A stretch of DNA of 64,000 nt, taken from Erythrobacter sp. Lineage in GTDB: Bacteria > Pseudomonadota > Alphaproteobacteria > Sphingomonadales > Sphingomonadaceae. Of this stretch, positions 10,163 to 20,207 are shown one piece after another. A program made the position numbers and the translations under genes. The notes beneath the pieces were generated by a model, which was not told the DNA's origin, did no database searches, and worked only from the letters and a program-made list of their open reading frames with translations. The stretch is taken from assembly GCA_039973155.1 (NCBI GenBank), contig JBDWLM010000003.1:221823-285822 (forward strand), read 5' to 3'. Positions within the stretch are counted from its first letter, which is position 1, and each line of letters begins with the position of its first letter.

Positions 10163-11749
10163 TCAGGCCGCCTTTTCCTCGTCGTCTTCCACCGAATTGC
10201 GGATCAGGAAGTCGAAAGCACTGAGCGCTGCTTTCGAGCCTTCGCCCATGGAGATAACGATCTGCTTGAAGGGCACGGTGGTGGCGTCGCCAGCCGCGAA
10301 GACACCCGGAATGGACGTCTCGTTGCGGTCGTTGACCACGATTTCGCCGTGTTGGCTAAGCTCGATATCGCCCTTTAGCCACTCTGTGTTCGGTACCAGA
10401 CCGATCTGGACAAACACGCCTTCCAAAGCGACATGGTGCTCTTCACCGCTGGTCCGGTCCTTGTAGTTCAAACCGCTAACCTTGCCATTCTCACCGGTGA
10501 TTTCGGTGGTCTGGCCCGAAGTGATGATTTCCACGTTCTTGAGACTGCGCAACTTCTTCTGCAGCACGTCATCGGCGCGCATCTCGGCGCCAAACTCGAT
10601 CAGGGTGACATGCCCGACGATGCCAGCCAGATCGATGGCCGCCTCGACACCAGAGTTACCGCCACCGATCACGGCCACGCGCTTGCCCTTGAACAGCGGG
10701 CCGTCGCAGTGCGGGCAGTAGGCCACGCCCTTGTTCCGGTACTCTTCTTCGCCCGGAACGCCAATCTGGCGCCAGCGCGCACCGGTGGACAACACCAGCG
10801 TGCGGGCCTTCAGAGAACCGCCGTTGGCCAGACGGATTTCGTGGGGCATACCCGGTTTGGCGGCCGGAATCAGCTTCTCGGCGCACTGCATGTTCATGAT
10901 GTCGACGTCGTATTCCTTGACGTGCTGTTCCATGGCGCCAACCAGCTTGGGGCCTTCGGTGTAGGGCACCGAGATCAGGTTTTCGATACCCATGGTATCC
11001 GCCACCTGGCCGCCAAAGCGCTCCGCTGCGATACCGGTGGCGATACCCTTCCGGGATGCGTAGATCGCCGCCGAGGCGCCAGCGGGGCCGCCACCAACCA
11101 CCAGCACTTCAAAGGTGTCTTTCTGGTTGATCTTCTCGGCCTCTTTCTCGTCGGACTTGGTGTCCAGACGGGCCACAATCTCTTCCATGGTCATCCGGCC
11201 CTGGCCCCAGGATTCGCCATTCAGGTAGACACTGGGCACCGCCATGACTTCCCGCTGCTCCACTTCGTCCTGAAACAGCGCGCCGTCGATGGCGGTGTGC
11301 TTGATGTTCGGGTTCAGCACACTCATCAGGTTCAGGGCCTGCACCACGTCCGGGCAGTTCTGGCACGACAGCGAGAAGTAGGTTTCGAACTCGAATGAAC
11401 CGTCCAGTTCCTGCACCTGCTCAATCACTTCCTGAGCGGCTTTGGAGGGATGGCCGCCTATCTGCAGCAGCGCCAGTACCAGCGAGGTGAACTCGTGGCC
11501 CATGGGAATACCGGCAAAGCGGACACCGATGTCGGTGCCGATGCGGTTGATGGCAAACGACGGCCGACGCACGTCAGTGGCTTCCTCAGTCCGCAGACTG
11601 ATTTTGTCCGACATGGGCTCAAGCTCTTCCAGCAACTGCTTCAGTTCCTGGGACTTGTCGCCGTCGTCATAGGCCGCAACCAGCTCGATCGGCTGCTGCA
11701 GCTTGTCCATGTAGGCTTTCAGTTGCTCCTTGATACCGGCATCCAACAT
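10163..11749 (-). CDS. ahpF: Alkyl hydroperoxide reductase subunit F
   Basis: 528 aa. N-terminal thioredoxin-like CxxC (SCQNCP), FAD motif [10 protein letters not shown] and redox-active CPHCDG. Confidence 0.95.
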   Translation of the reverse strand: MLDAGIKEQLKAYMDKLQQPIELVAAYDDGDKSQELKQLLEELEPMSDKISLRTEEATDVRRPSFAINRIGTDIGVRFAGIPMGHEFTSLVLALLQIGGHPSKAAQEVIEQVQELDGSFEFETYFSLSCQNCPDVVQALNLMSVLNPNIKHTAIDGALFQDEVEQREVMAVPSVYLNGESWGQGRMTMEEIVARLDTKSDEKEAEKINQKDTFEVLVVGGGPAGASAAIYASRKGIATGIAAERFGGQVADTMGIENLISVPYTEGPKLVGAMEQHVKEYDVDIMNMQCAEKLIPAAKPGMPHEIRLANGGSLKARTLVLSTGARWRQIGVPGEEEYRNKGVAYCPHCDGPLFKGKRVAVIGGGNSGVEAAIDLAGIVGHVTLIEFGAEMRADDVLQKKLRSLKNVEIITSGQTTEITGENGKVSGLNYKDRTSGEEHHVALEGVFVQIGLVPNTEWLKGDIELSQHGEIVVNDRNETSIPGVFAAGDATTVPFKQIVISMGEGSKAALSAFDFLIRNSVEDDEEKAA

Positions 11750-11852
11750 GTAGTCTTTCCTCTCTTAAGTCAGCGTGACACCAAGTCACTGAATTCAATA
11801 CAGGTTAAAATCAACGTGGGGCAACAATAAGGCTTGCCCGGCGCACGCTCAA

Positions 11853-11889
11853 ATTGATTGGCCCAAACTGTTTGATAGGGCCATACTAT
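11853..11889. promoter_or_regulatory. OxyR-type box upstream of ahpF
   Basis: The same AAATTGAT-N16-ATAG-N7-CTAT pattern, with the same spacing and orientation as the ahpC box. Lies about 105-140 nt upstream of the ahpF ATG. Confidence 0.5.
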
Positions 11890-11928
11890 GTGAAGCCAAA
11901 GCATCATTAAGATTATCCCCGCCAGAAA

Positions 11929-14631
11929 TCACTCACGCCCCTTGGCCAGCCGCAAACGGAGCTGCTTTTCCAGCTCGATCACGAGGAACAACGCTGCGCC
12001 TATTAACAGACTGAACAGCATCTCCGGGCCCGGCACCGGGGCGGTGGAGAAGACTCGCTGAAGCAGTGGCAGATAGGTGAGGCCAAGCTGGCCGACCAGC
12101 ACCGCGACAATGGCCAGCCACACCAGGCGAGTCGCCCGCAACTTTTCCCAGGTGAGCGTGACGGTGTCCTTGTTACGAATGAACAGCAGATAAAAAGCCT
12201 GCATTGCCACCAGCGTGTTCATCGCCATGGTCTGAGCTATCTCAACCGAGTGTCCCTGGGCAATGGCGAAACGGAAGATGCCAAAAACACCCAACAGAAT
12301 CAGGACGGCCACCAGGACAATGTGCCAAACCAGGCTTCGAGTCAGTAATGGCTCAGAGCGCTCGCGCGGCGGTCGCTGCATGGTATCGGCTTCACTGGCC
12401 TCAAACGCCAGGGCAACACCCAGGGTCACTGCCGTGACCATGTTTACCCAGAGGATCTGGATGGGGGTGACGGGCAGCGTCAGACCCGCCAGCAAGGCCC
12501 AAATAATCACTGAGGCCTCACCAGCGTTCGTCGGCAGAGTCCAGCTGATGACCTTGCGAATATTGTCGTGGATGGTGCGCCCTTCCCGCACGGCCGCCGC
12601 TATAGAGGCGAAGTTGTCGTCTGCCAGCACCAGCTCGGAGGCCTCCTTGGCCGCCTCACTGCCCTTGAGTCCCATGGCCACCCCAATGTCTGCCCGCTTC
12701 AGGGCGGGTGCATCGTTCACGCCATCACCGGTCATCGCCACGGTCTGTTGCTGGGCCTGCAACGCGATCACCAGGCGTAGCTTGTGCTCCGGGCTGGTAC
12801 GGGCAAAGACATCGGTATCGGTTGCCGCCGTGGCCAGCTGCTGGTCCGTGAGCTGGTCCAGATCAGCCCCAGTCAGCACCCGCTCCGGGTTTTCCAGCCC
12901 AACCTCACGGGCAATGGCCCGGGCGGTGTCGGCATGGTCTCCGGTAATCATCTTGACCCGGATACCGGCACTCTGACACTGAGCCACCGCCTCAATAGCC
13001 TCGCTCCGTGGTGGGTCAATGAGCCCGACCAGCCCAAGGAAAACCAGCCCCTCAGTCAGGTCATCCCGCTCCAGCACCACCTGACTGGCCGCCACCGGAC
13101 GCGCGGCAAACGCCAGTACCCGCTGCCCGGAGGCGGCAATCGCGGCAACCTGTTCCTGCCACCAGGGCTGATTCAATGGCGCCTGGTTATGGGCTTCAGA
13201 GCGCTGAACTGCACACAGCTCCAGAACTACCTCAGGCGCGCCCTTCACAAAGATGAACGCCCTGCTCTGGTGATCGTGGTGTAGCGTTGCCATGTGGCGA
13301 TAACTGGTATCAAACGGAATGGCATCCGTTCTCGGCCAATTCTCCTGCAAGTTGCCTGTGTCTAGCCCAGCGCGGGCCGAAAACGACAACAGCGCACCCT
13401 CCATGGGGTCCCCTTCCACCCGCCAGCGGCCATCTTCGCGCTTGAGTTCCGCGTCGTTGCATAGACCTGCAACCTGCGCCATTTCGGTCAGGACCTCACA
13501 AGTGCCAGACTCGACGACCTGATCCCCGTCCAACACCGCACCATCCGGGCCATAGCCATCGCCGTCGATGGTGAACGACCTTTCCGCGGTAATTACCGTT
13601 ACGACACTCATTTCATTGCGGGTCAGAGTACCGGTCTTATCGGAACAGATCACCGAGACGGCACCGAGGGTTTCGATCGCCGGCAGGCGGCGGACAATGG
13701 CATTGCGGCTGGCCATAGCCTGCACACCGACCGCCAGGGTGATGGTCAGCACGGCCGGCAGTCCCTCGGGAATAGCTGCCACCGACAGACCAACCACCGC
13801 CATCAGCAGGGCGCCGAAATCATAGGCCAGGCGCCAATGGCCATAGGCCAACAGGGCCGCCGCCATTACCAGGATGAACAGGGTCAGCCAGCGGGCGAAC
13901 TGGCGCATTTGCGCCACCAGCGGCGTCGTCAGCTGCTCAACATCCGCCAGCAAGCCCTGGATCCGGCCAAGTTCTGTGTGCAACCCGGTAGCCACCACCA
14001 GACCCGAGGCCTGGCCCGCGGTAACGGCGGTGCCACTGAACGCCATACAGCTGCGATCACCCAGGGCCTGGCCGGCCGGGACCGGTTTGGTCTGCTTCTC
14101 TACAGGCATCGATTCGCCGGTGAGCAGCGCTTCCTGGACGAACAGATTGTGGGCTTTCAACAACCGCAGATCGGCCGGGACTTTATCGCCCGCCTCCAGC
14201 AGTACAATGTCCCCGGGCACCAAGCAATCGCCAGCAATGGTTTGGCGATGACCATCGCGAACCACAGTGGCGCGCAGGGCCAGCATACTTCGGATCGCCT
14301 GGATGGCCTTCTCCGCCTTCCCCTCCTGAAGCTCACCGATTAATGCATTAGCCAGTACCACAGCGAGAATGACACCGGTATCCAGCAGGTGTCCGAGGGT
14401 GGTGGTAATCACCGCGGCACCCAGCAGCACATAGATCAGCACATTATTGAATTGACGCAGAAACCGGGCGATCCGACCGGGTCGGTGCGGTTCCGGCAGG
14501 CTGTTCACCCCATAACGCTGTAGGCGCCGGTCGGCCTCGGCGGCGGTCAAACCTGCCTGGCTGGTATCGAACTCGGCCAGGGCCTGTTGCTGTGGTAATT
14601 CGTGCCACGGACCGGAAGGACACACTCCCAC
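11929..14631 (-). CDS. P2-type cation-transporting ATPase
   Basis: About 900 aa. Motifs TGES, PEGLP, phosphorylation site CSDKTGTLT and hinge TGDGVNDAPAL. The tracked start is a GTG abutting AAGGAG, so the GTG at 14625 (6 nt after the SD) is a better start. Confidence 0.9.
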   Translation of the reverse strand: MGVCPSGPWHELPQQQALAEFDTSQAGLTAAEADRRLQRYGVNSLPEPHRPGRIARFLRQFNNVLIYVLLGAAVITTTLGHLLDTGVILAVVLANALIGELQEGKAEKAIQAIRSMLALRATVVRDGHRQTIAGDCLVPGDIVLLEAGDKVPADLRLLKAHNLFVQEALLTGESMPVEKQTKPVPAGQALGDRSCMAFSGTAVTAGQASGLVVATGLHTELGRIQGLLADVEQLTTPLVAQMRQFARWLTLFILVMAAALLAYGHWRLAYDFGALLMAVVGLSVAAIPEGLPAVLTITLAVGVQAMASRNAIVRRLPAIETLGAVSVICSDKTGTLTRNEMSVVTVITAERSFTIDGDGYGPDGAVLDGDQVVESGTCEVLTEMAQVAGLCNDAELKREDGRWRVEGDPMEGALLSFSARAGLDTGNLQENWPRTDAIPFDTSYRHMATLHHDHQSRAFIFVKGAPEVVLELCAVQRSEAHNQAPLNQPWWQEQVAAIAASGQRVLAFAARPVAASQVVLERDDLTEGLVFLGLVGLIDPPRSEAIEAVAQCQSAGIRVKMITGDHADTARAIAREVGLENPERVLTGADLDQLTDQQLATAATDTDVFARTSPEHKLRLVIALQAQQQTVAMTGDGVNDAPALKRADIGVAMGLKGSEAAKEASELVLADDNFASIAAAVREGRTIHDNIRKVISWTLPTNAGEASVIIWALLAGLTLPVTPIQILWVNMVTAVTLGVALAFEASEADTMQRPPRERSEPLLTRSLVWHIVLVAVLILLGVFGIFRFAIAQGHSVEIAQTMAMNTLVAMQAFYLLFIRNKDTVTLTWEKLRATRLVWLAIVAVLVGQLGLTYLPLLQRVFSTAPVPGPEMLFSLLIGAALFLVIELEKQLRLRLAKGRE

Positions 14632-14789
14632 CTCCTTGCTTATGCTTACTGCCCAGCCTTCACTTTAGGACGAATAGCGCATATTGGTATTGATGGGACT
14701 CAACTATCATTACAGGTAGACAGCGGGCACCATGGGCCTACAGCGGGCTCCTTTGACACACCCCACTCCGCGAACAGAATAGGCAGCAC

Positions 14790-15512
14790 ATGTTTCTAGA
14801 CCGTTTTCATTCGATACAGCAAGGACGTATCCACATCACCGCGCTCCAGGCCAGCCGTTTTGCCAAAGAAATTGCCGGTGATTTCAATCCGATTCATGAT
14901 CCCGACGCCCGCCGGTTCTGCGTGCCCGGTGACCTGCTGTTTGCGGTGGTGGTTTCGCATTTCGGTCTCTCTGCCAACATGACCTTCCAATTCAAAAGCC
15001 TGCTAGGTGACGGCGTGCCCTTGGAATTCCGTGAACCGGAGGAAGGTCGCATTGAGCTGTGCGACGCCAATGGCAAGGTCTATCTGGAGGTCACTCACAG
15101 CGGCCCGAGCACCCGCGATGAAACCATCATCGAGAACTTTACCCGCCGCTACGTCGCGGCCTCTGGCAAGAATTTCCCGCACACGCTGCAACCACTGATG
15201 GAATCGAACGGGGTCATGTTCAATCCCGACCGCCCCATGGTGATGTACGAAAGCATGAGCCTGGCGCTGGATCGCCTGGATGCCACCGACCCGGAACTGG
15301 AATTGCACGACGCCCAACTTGCCGCCAATGGCAAGCGTGGCAATGTCACCCTGGAGTACCGGCTGCTTTCCGAGCAGAACCCGGTCGGCCAGGTCGCCAA
15401 ACGTCTGGTTCTGGGAGGCCTGCGCCCGTACTGCCCGGACGCCATGGCCGGCGTACTGGAGGAGTTTTACCGGCTCAAGGCCCGGGGTGTGGACTACGGC
15501 AGCAACCTCTAA
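14790..15512 (+). CDS. MaoC-like hot-dog domain protein (DUF3581-like)
   Basis: 240 aa. Hydratase-2-type motif GDFNPIHDPDARRF near the N-terminus. The DUF3581 assignment is from memory only. Confidence 0.55.
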   Translation: MFLDRFHSIQQGRIHITALQASRFAKEIAGDFNPIHDPDARRFCVPGDLLFAVVVSHFGLSANMTFQFKSLLGDGVPLEFREPEEGRIELCDANGKVYLEVTHSGPSTRDETIIENFTRRYVAASGKNFPHTLQPLMESNGVMFNPDRPMVMYESMSLALDRLDATDPELELHDAQLAANGKRGNVTLEYRLLSEQNPVGQVAKRLVLGGLRPYCPDAMAGVLEEFYRLKARGVDYGSNL

Positions 15513-15558
15513 TCCGGACCAGCGAACCATTTAATAACACCCTCAACGGAGCAGACAC

Positions 15559-16035
15559 ATGGCGATTCAGGTAGGCGAGCGGTTACCCAACATTGAACTG
15601 CAGGTGATGGGCAGCAACGGTCCGGAGAAAGTACAGACCGGCGACCTGTTTGCCGGCAAGAAAGTGGTACTGTTTGCGGTGCCCGGAGCCTTTACCCCGA
15701 CCTGCTCCGCCGCGCACCTGCCCGGCTTTGTGGTCGATGCCGACAACCTGAAAGCCAAGGGCGTCGACAGCATCGTCTGCACCTCGGTCAACGACACCTT
15801 TGTGATGGATGCCTGGGGCAAGGCCCATAACGCCGAGCAAATCGTCATGCTCGCCGATGGCCTGGGCGAGTTCGCCGGTGCGCTCGGGCTGACCCAGGAT
15901 CGGACTGCCAGCCAGATGGGCATTCGCAGCCAGCGCTACGCCATGATCGTGAACGATGGCGTGGTCGAAATGCTGAACATCGATGAAAAGGGCCTGGAGA
16001 CCACCAGCTCGGAAGCCATTCTGGCCGCGCTGTAA
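15559..16035 (+). CDS. Peroxiredoxin, Prx5/PrxD type
   Basis: 158 aa. Peroxidatic Cys context VLFAVPGAFTPTCS. Confidence 0.85.
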   Translation: MAIQVGERLPNIELQVMGSNGPEKVQTGDLFAGKKVVLFAVPGAFTPTCSAAHLPGFVVDADNLKAKGVDSIVCTSVNDTFVMDAWGKAHNAEQIVMLADGLGEFAGALGLTQDRTASQMGIRSQRYAMIVNDGVVEMLNIDEKGLETTSSEAILAAL

Positions 16036-16080
16036 CCGCCCCTCCGGCTTTTTCCTCCGTTTCTACTCCCACCCAGACGC

Positions 16081-16109
16081 AAAAAACCCCGGACAAACCG
16101 GGGTTTTTT
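16081..16109. terminator. Bidirectional rho-independent terminator between the Prx5 gene and ahpC
   Basis: AAAAAA-CCCCGG-acaaa-CCGGGG-TTTTTT. A second 8-bp hairpin follows at 16116-16134. Confidence 0.8.
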
Positions 16110-16164
16110 AATCTCGGGCCTGCAACGCAGGCCCTGATCTATGGTTTCACCTGAGTCGGGAAAC

Positions 16165-16728
16165 TTAGATCTTGCCGACCAGGTCCAGTGACGGTGTCAG
16201 GGTCTCTTCGCCTTCTTTCCACTTCGCAGGGCAAACTTCACCCGGGTGGTTGCGCACGTACTGGGCGGCCTTCACTTTACGCATCAGGTCGTCAGCGTCA
16301 CGGCCAATACCTTCTGCAGTGATTTCCATCGCCTGGATAACGCCATCCGGATCGATCAGGAAAGTGGCACGGTCGGCCAGGCCCTGACCTTCACGCATTA
16401 CGCCGAAGTTGTTGGTGATGGAACCGTTCTGGTCGCCAACCATGAAGTAGTTGATCTTGCCGATGGTGTCGGAGCTGCTGTGCCACGCTTTGTGGGTGAA
16501 GTGGGTGTCGGTGGACACGGAGAACACTTCAACGCCCAGCTTCTGCAGTTCTTCGTACTTGTCGGCAACGTCGCCCAGCTCGGTCGGGCAAACGAAGGTG
16601 AAGTCGGCCGGGTAGAAGAAGAAGATCGCCCACTTGCCTTTCACGTCGGCTTCGCTGATGTCGACGAACTCGCCCTGTTTAAAGGCGGTTGCGTTAAACG
16701 GCTTAATTTCGCTGTTGATAATGCCCAT
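16165..16728 (-). CDS. ahpC: Alkyl hydroperoxide reductase subunit C
   Basis: Start trimmed to ATG 16728 ([11 protein letters not shown]). Peroxidatic [16 protein letters not shown] and resolving Cys in EVCPAKW. About 187 aa, as expected. Confidence 0.95.
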   Translation of the reverse strand: MGIINSEIKPFNATAFKQGEFVDISEADVKGKWAIFFFYPADFTFVCPTELGDVADKYEELQKLGVEVFSVSTDTHFTHKAWHSSSDTIGKINYFMVGDQNGSITNNFGVMREGQGLADRATFLIDPDGVIQAMEITAEGIGRDADDLMRKVKAAQYVRNHPGEVCPAKWKEGEETLTPSLDLVGKI

Positions 16729-16809
16729 TAAAGAACACTCCTCATTAGTGGATTCAAGGATCGATTGGATAACGGCGCCCAGACTACGAAACCCGGGCAC
16801 CCGGATAAA

Positions 16810-16846
16810 ATTGATAATTCCCAACCCAAAGATAGGCATAGCCTAT
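16810..16846. promoter_or_regulatory. OxyR-type box upstream of ahpC
   Basis: ATTGAT-N16-ATAG-N7-CTAT. The 22-bp offset between the ATTG and ATAG elements matches the ATAG-N7-CTAT-N7-ATAG-N7-CTAT architecture of OxyR sites. Lies about 85-120 nt upstream of the ahpC ATG. Confidence 0.5.
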
Positions 16847-16981
16847 TTTCAGCGGAGGAACCGCAGAGCCTCCAGACAACTGGCGGCCAAACCGGGAGTT
16901 CGGGAAACTGCCACCCTGTTTATGGAGACGGAAATGTTAACTTCAACATGTGACGGAATAACGATAAGCCACACTGCAGTC

Positions 16982-17014
16982 AAAAAAAACAGGCTGGTCC
17001 CAAGGGCCAGCCTG
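16982..17014 (-). terminator. Rho-independent terminator of the BCCT-like gene
   Basis: CAGGCTGG(t)CC...GGGCCAGCCTG stem. It is preceded on the plus strand by A8, which is a T8 tail on the gene strand. Confidence 0.75.
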
Positions 17015-17038
17015 TCCTAAGAACCTCACCTCTACGGA

Positions 17039-18256
17039 TCAGTTGGCGAGTTCAACCTTCCGGTAATCCAGAATATTCTCTTCCGGCGAGCTCCTGATGG
17101 CCGCCACTTCGCTGCGTTTTTTCACCACAATGTAAGCGAAACAGCCGAAGTACAGGGCGATCACCAGTGCGCCAACCCACTGAATCCGCAGGAAGTCGAG
17201 CTGGAACAGCATGGTCAGGCCAATCATCGCCACCAGATTGAACAGCACGTAGTTGAACCGACCCAGGCGCTCGGCCGTCAAATTCAGGTTGTCGGTGTAA
17301 AGCCGAATCAGCGAATCCAGCGAGTTCACCACCATCAGCACACCCACGGTGATCATAGCGAGATTGGTAATCGCCGCCACCTGCAGACCTTCGTCGTGAT
17401 AATGGAACAGCACTGAAAACCACACCCCGATGGCGATGGACGGCACTACCAGCATGGCAATCAGCAGCTGCCAGGTTTTGATACCACTGACAAAGCGCGC
17501 GGTGAACTGACCAATCATGATGCTCCAGGCGAACCACCAGAACAGGTAGAACTCGTGGTAATCGTTAATCGGCAGCACGAACTGGTGAATGTTGGTGAAA
17601 TATTCACCCAACAGGCCAACGGTGCCCAGGAAATCCCCCGGTGACCCTTCGTCCAGGGCAAAGGCCCGTACCCACATGCCGGCGATCAGGGCAATAAACA
17701 GCACGCTGGAGCTCAGACTCAGAATGCGCACGTACTTGATCTTCGAGCTGGAATAGACCGCCAGCCCGATGGAGGCGAAGACAATGGCGTAGAAGGTGGG
17801 CACCACAGATTTACCATCGCCGATCTGCGGCAGGTACCAGGGCAGGTTCACCAGCAGCAGGTAGGCGGTGAAGGCACAGGTGCCGATGATCACCACGTTA
17901 TTGACCACTTTCACCAGCGGAATCTCGAAGAACTTAACCCGCGGCTCAATGATCGCGAAATAGAAGCAGGTCAGGAAATAGAAGCCCCAAATCAGGAAGG
18001 CCCAGAAGCCAAACTCTATAGCCAGCGGATTGGCAAAACCGTATTCCGGACTCTCAGAAAGATCGCCATAGCCGCCGAATTCGGTCAGCGGAAACATGAT
18101 CAGGCCCACGTCCAGACCGGAGGTGAACAGGATCGCAATGAAGGTGAGCGTGCGAACCGGCGTCACGCCGATGCACTGCATGTCCCACCATTTGTACAGA
18201 ATCAGCGCGATAGCCGCGAAGGTGAAAATTAGACCTGATGATAACCAGAGTGTCAT
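17039..18256 (-). CDS. Compact BCCT-family transporter (probable choline/betaine carrier)
   Basis: 405 aa with about 12 hydrophobic segments. BCCT signature region FYLFWWFAWSIMIGQFTARFVSG. SD GGAGG lies 6 nt upstream. Sits directly downstream of betA. Confidence 0.7.
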   Translation of the reverse strand: MTLWLSSGLIFTFAAIALILYKWWDMQCIGVTPVRTLTFIAILFTSGLDVGLIMFPLTEFGGYGDLSESPEYGFANPLAIEFGFWAFLIWGFYFLTCFYFAIIEPRVKFFEIPLVKVVNNVVIIGTCAFTAYLLLVNLPWYLPQIGDGKSVVPTFYAIVFASIGLAVYSSSKIKYVRILSLSSSVLFIALIAGMWVRAFALDEGSPGDFLGTVGLLGEYFTNIHQFVLPINDYHEFYLFWWFAWSIMIGQFTARFVSGIKTWQLLIAMLVVPSIAIGVWFSVLFHYHDEGLQVAAITNLAMITVGVLMVVNSLDSLIRLYTDNLNLTAERLGRFNYVLFNLVAMIGLTMLFQLDFLRIQWVGALVIALYFGCFAYIVVKKRSEVAAIRSSPEENILDYRKVELAN

Positions 18257-18452
18257 AACGGCCTCCGGTTTCGGTTGTTGTTAATTGTGAACAGCATGGG
18301 TGTTCCTCCTCTACTTTGAAGCTGTTGCTCATTCGAATCGGACACAAACCCCCGCGTTACTTTATAACGGGCCAGGACTTGCCTATCTGGCGCCCAGAAA
18401 ACGACTGGCACAGTCGTCGCGCTGATAGGGAAATCCTGATGGCTTGCAAAAC

Positions 18453-18475
18453 CCCGGAGGCGTTGCACCTCCGGG
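18453..18475 (-). terminator. Hairpin (possible attenuator/terminator) just downstream of betA
   Basis: CCCGGAGG-N7-CCTCCGGG is an 8-bp GC stem, followed on the gene strand by GTTTTG. It starts 20 nt after the betA stop. Confidence 0.5.
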
Positions 18476-18494
18476 TGGGAGCGCGCGGGCCGCG

Positions 18495-20180
18495 CTAGCT
18501 TGAAGCCCGCTTTGCGGCTCCCGGGCGCTGGCGGCCCTGCCACTGGTCATCCATAACGACAGGCGCGTCAGACGGTTGCAGGGGCTCCCTGCCCCGAATC
18601 AGATCGGCTGCCCGCTCGGCCACCATGATGGTGGGTCCGTTCAGGTTGCCGTTGGGTATGGTTGGGAAGATGGACGAATCCACCACCCGCAGGTTCTTGA
18701 TGCCGCGCACACGGGTGTCCGGATCGACCACTGCACGCTCGTCCGTGCCCATCTTGCAGGTGCAAGAGGGGTGATAGGCGCTTTCCACCGCCTGACGGAC
18801 AAAGGCATCGATCTCTTCGTCGCTCTGTACTTCCGCTCCGGGCTGAATCTCCGGGCCGCGGTATTCGTCCATGGCCGGCTGGTTGATAATCTCACGGGTC
18901 AGGCGCACGCAATCCCGGAAGCCTTCCCGATCGGCCTCGTGTTCCAAGTAATTGAACCGGATTCGCGGGGCCTGCTTCGGATCCGACGACTGCACGTGCA
19001 CAAAGCCACGGCTCTTCGGCTTGTTGTGGCCGATGTGGAGCTGGAAGCCATCCCCGGAAAACGCTTCCTTACCGTCGTAGCGCATGGCTGCTGGCAGGAA
19101 GTGGTACTGCAGGTCCGGCCATTCCACGCCGGCCTTGGAGCGAATAAAGCCGCAGGACTCGAAGTGGTTGGTGGCGCCCAGGCCGTCTTTCTTCAGGATC
19201 CAGCGCAAACCGATTTTCAGTTTGTTCCACCAGTCCAGCTTGCCATTGAGCGACACCGGCTTGTTGCAGCGGAACTGGAAATAGAACTCCAGATGGTCCT
19301 GCAGGTTCTCGCCCACGCCCGGCAGCTCGTGCTTGACCTCAATACCGGCCGATTCCAGCACCTCGCGCTGGCCGATACCGGACAGCTGCAGCAGGTGAGG
19401 TGAGCCGATAGAGCCGGCAGACAGAATCACTTCCTCCACTGCTTTCGCCTCATGCACCTTGCCGCCTTGCTCGTAGCGCACGCCGGTGGCGGTTTTGCCA
19501 TCGAGCAGCACCCGGTGCACCAGGGCGTGGGTGACCACAGTCAGGTTCGGGCGGTCCATGGCCGGACGCAGATAGGCGTTGGCGGTGGACCAGCGACGGC
19601 CGTTTTTCACGGTCATGTGCATGGCCCCGAAACCTTCCTGCTGGGCGCCGTTGTAATCCTTGGTCGGAAAATAACCGGCGTCGACACCGGCATCCACGAA
19701 CGCCTGGTACAGCGGGTTCTGCATGTTGTTGCCGTTGTTGACCCCGAGCGGACCCGTGCCGCCGCGGTAGTCATCGGCACCAAAGGCCCAGGTTTCGGCT
19801 TTCTTGAAATAGGGCAGCACCTGCCGGTAGTTCCAGCCCTCGGCGCCTTCAGACTCCCACTCGTCGAAGTCGCGGGCATGGCCGCGGACATAGACCATGC
19901 CATTGATCGAGGACGAGCCACCCAGCACCTTGCCCCGGGGGCAGTGCATGCGGCGGTTATCCAGAAACGGCTCCGGCTCGGTCTCGAACTGCCAGGCGAA
20001 CTTCTTGGTGTTCATCGGAATCGACAACGCGGTCGGCATCTGGATAAAGATGCTCTTGTCGCTGCCGCCGGTTTCCAGCAGCAGCACCTTGTGTCGGGCG
20101 TCCTCGGTGAGTCGGTTCGCCAGTACGCAACCAGCCGATCCGGCCCCCACAATGATGTAGTCGTATCGGTTTTCTGTCAT
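18495..20180 (-). CDS. betA: Choline dehydrogenase
   Basis: 561 aa. GMC oxidoreductase N-terminus [18 protein letters not shown]. Colinear with BetA, in bet gene order. Confidence 0.95.
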   Translation of the reverse strand: MTENRYDYIIVGAGSAGCVLANRLTEDARHKVLLLETGGSDKSIFIQMPTALSIPMNTKKFAWQFETEPEPFLDNRRMHCPRGKVLGGSSSINGMVYVRGHARDFDEWESEGAEGWNYRQVLPYFKKAETWAFGADDYRGGTGPLGVNNGNNMQNPLYQAFVDAGVDAGYFPTKDYNGAQQEGFGAMHMTVKNGRRWSTANAYLRPAMDRPNLTVVTHALVHRVLLDGKTATGVRYEQGGKVHEAKAVEEVILSAGSIGSPHLLQLSGIGQREVLESAGIEVKHELPGVGENLQDHLEFYFQFRCNKPVSLNGKLDWWNKLKIGLRWILKKDGLGATNHFESCGFIRSKAGVEWPDLQYHFLPAAMRYDGKEAFSGDGFQLHIGHNKPKSRGFVHVQSSDPKQAPRIRFNYLEHEADREGFRDCVRLTREIINQPAMDEYRGPEIQPGAEVQSDEEIDAFVRQAVESAYHPSCTCKMGTDERAVVDPDTRVRGIKNLRVVDSSIFPTIPNGNLNGPTIMVAERAADLIRGREPLQPSDAPVVMDDQWQGRQRPGAAKRASS

Positions 20181-20207
20181 GCAATTACTCCCGGTTGAGT
20201 CACTGGC

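Noticed and set aside
11929-16035. The ATPase/MaoC-like/Prx5 block between ahpF and ahpC, considered as a mobile genomic island.
   Set aside because: There is no integrase, transposase, flanking direct repeat or tRNA. Base composition looks like the surrounding chromosome. It is treated as an ancient rearrangement rather than a mobile element.
16847-16989. A possible divergent small RNA or 32-codon ORF between the ahpC OxyR-like box and the BCCT-gene terminator.
   Set aside because: Only weak hairpins are present, there is no promoter or terminator pair of its own, and the ORF has no SD. It cannot be supported from sequence alone.
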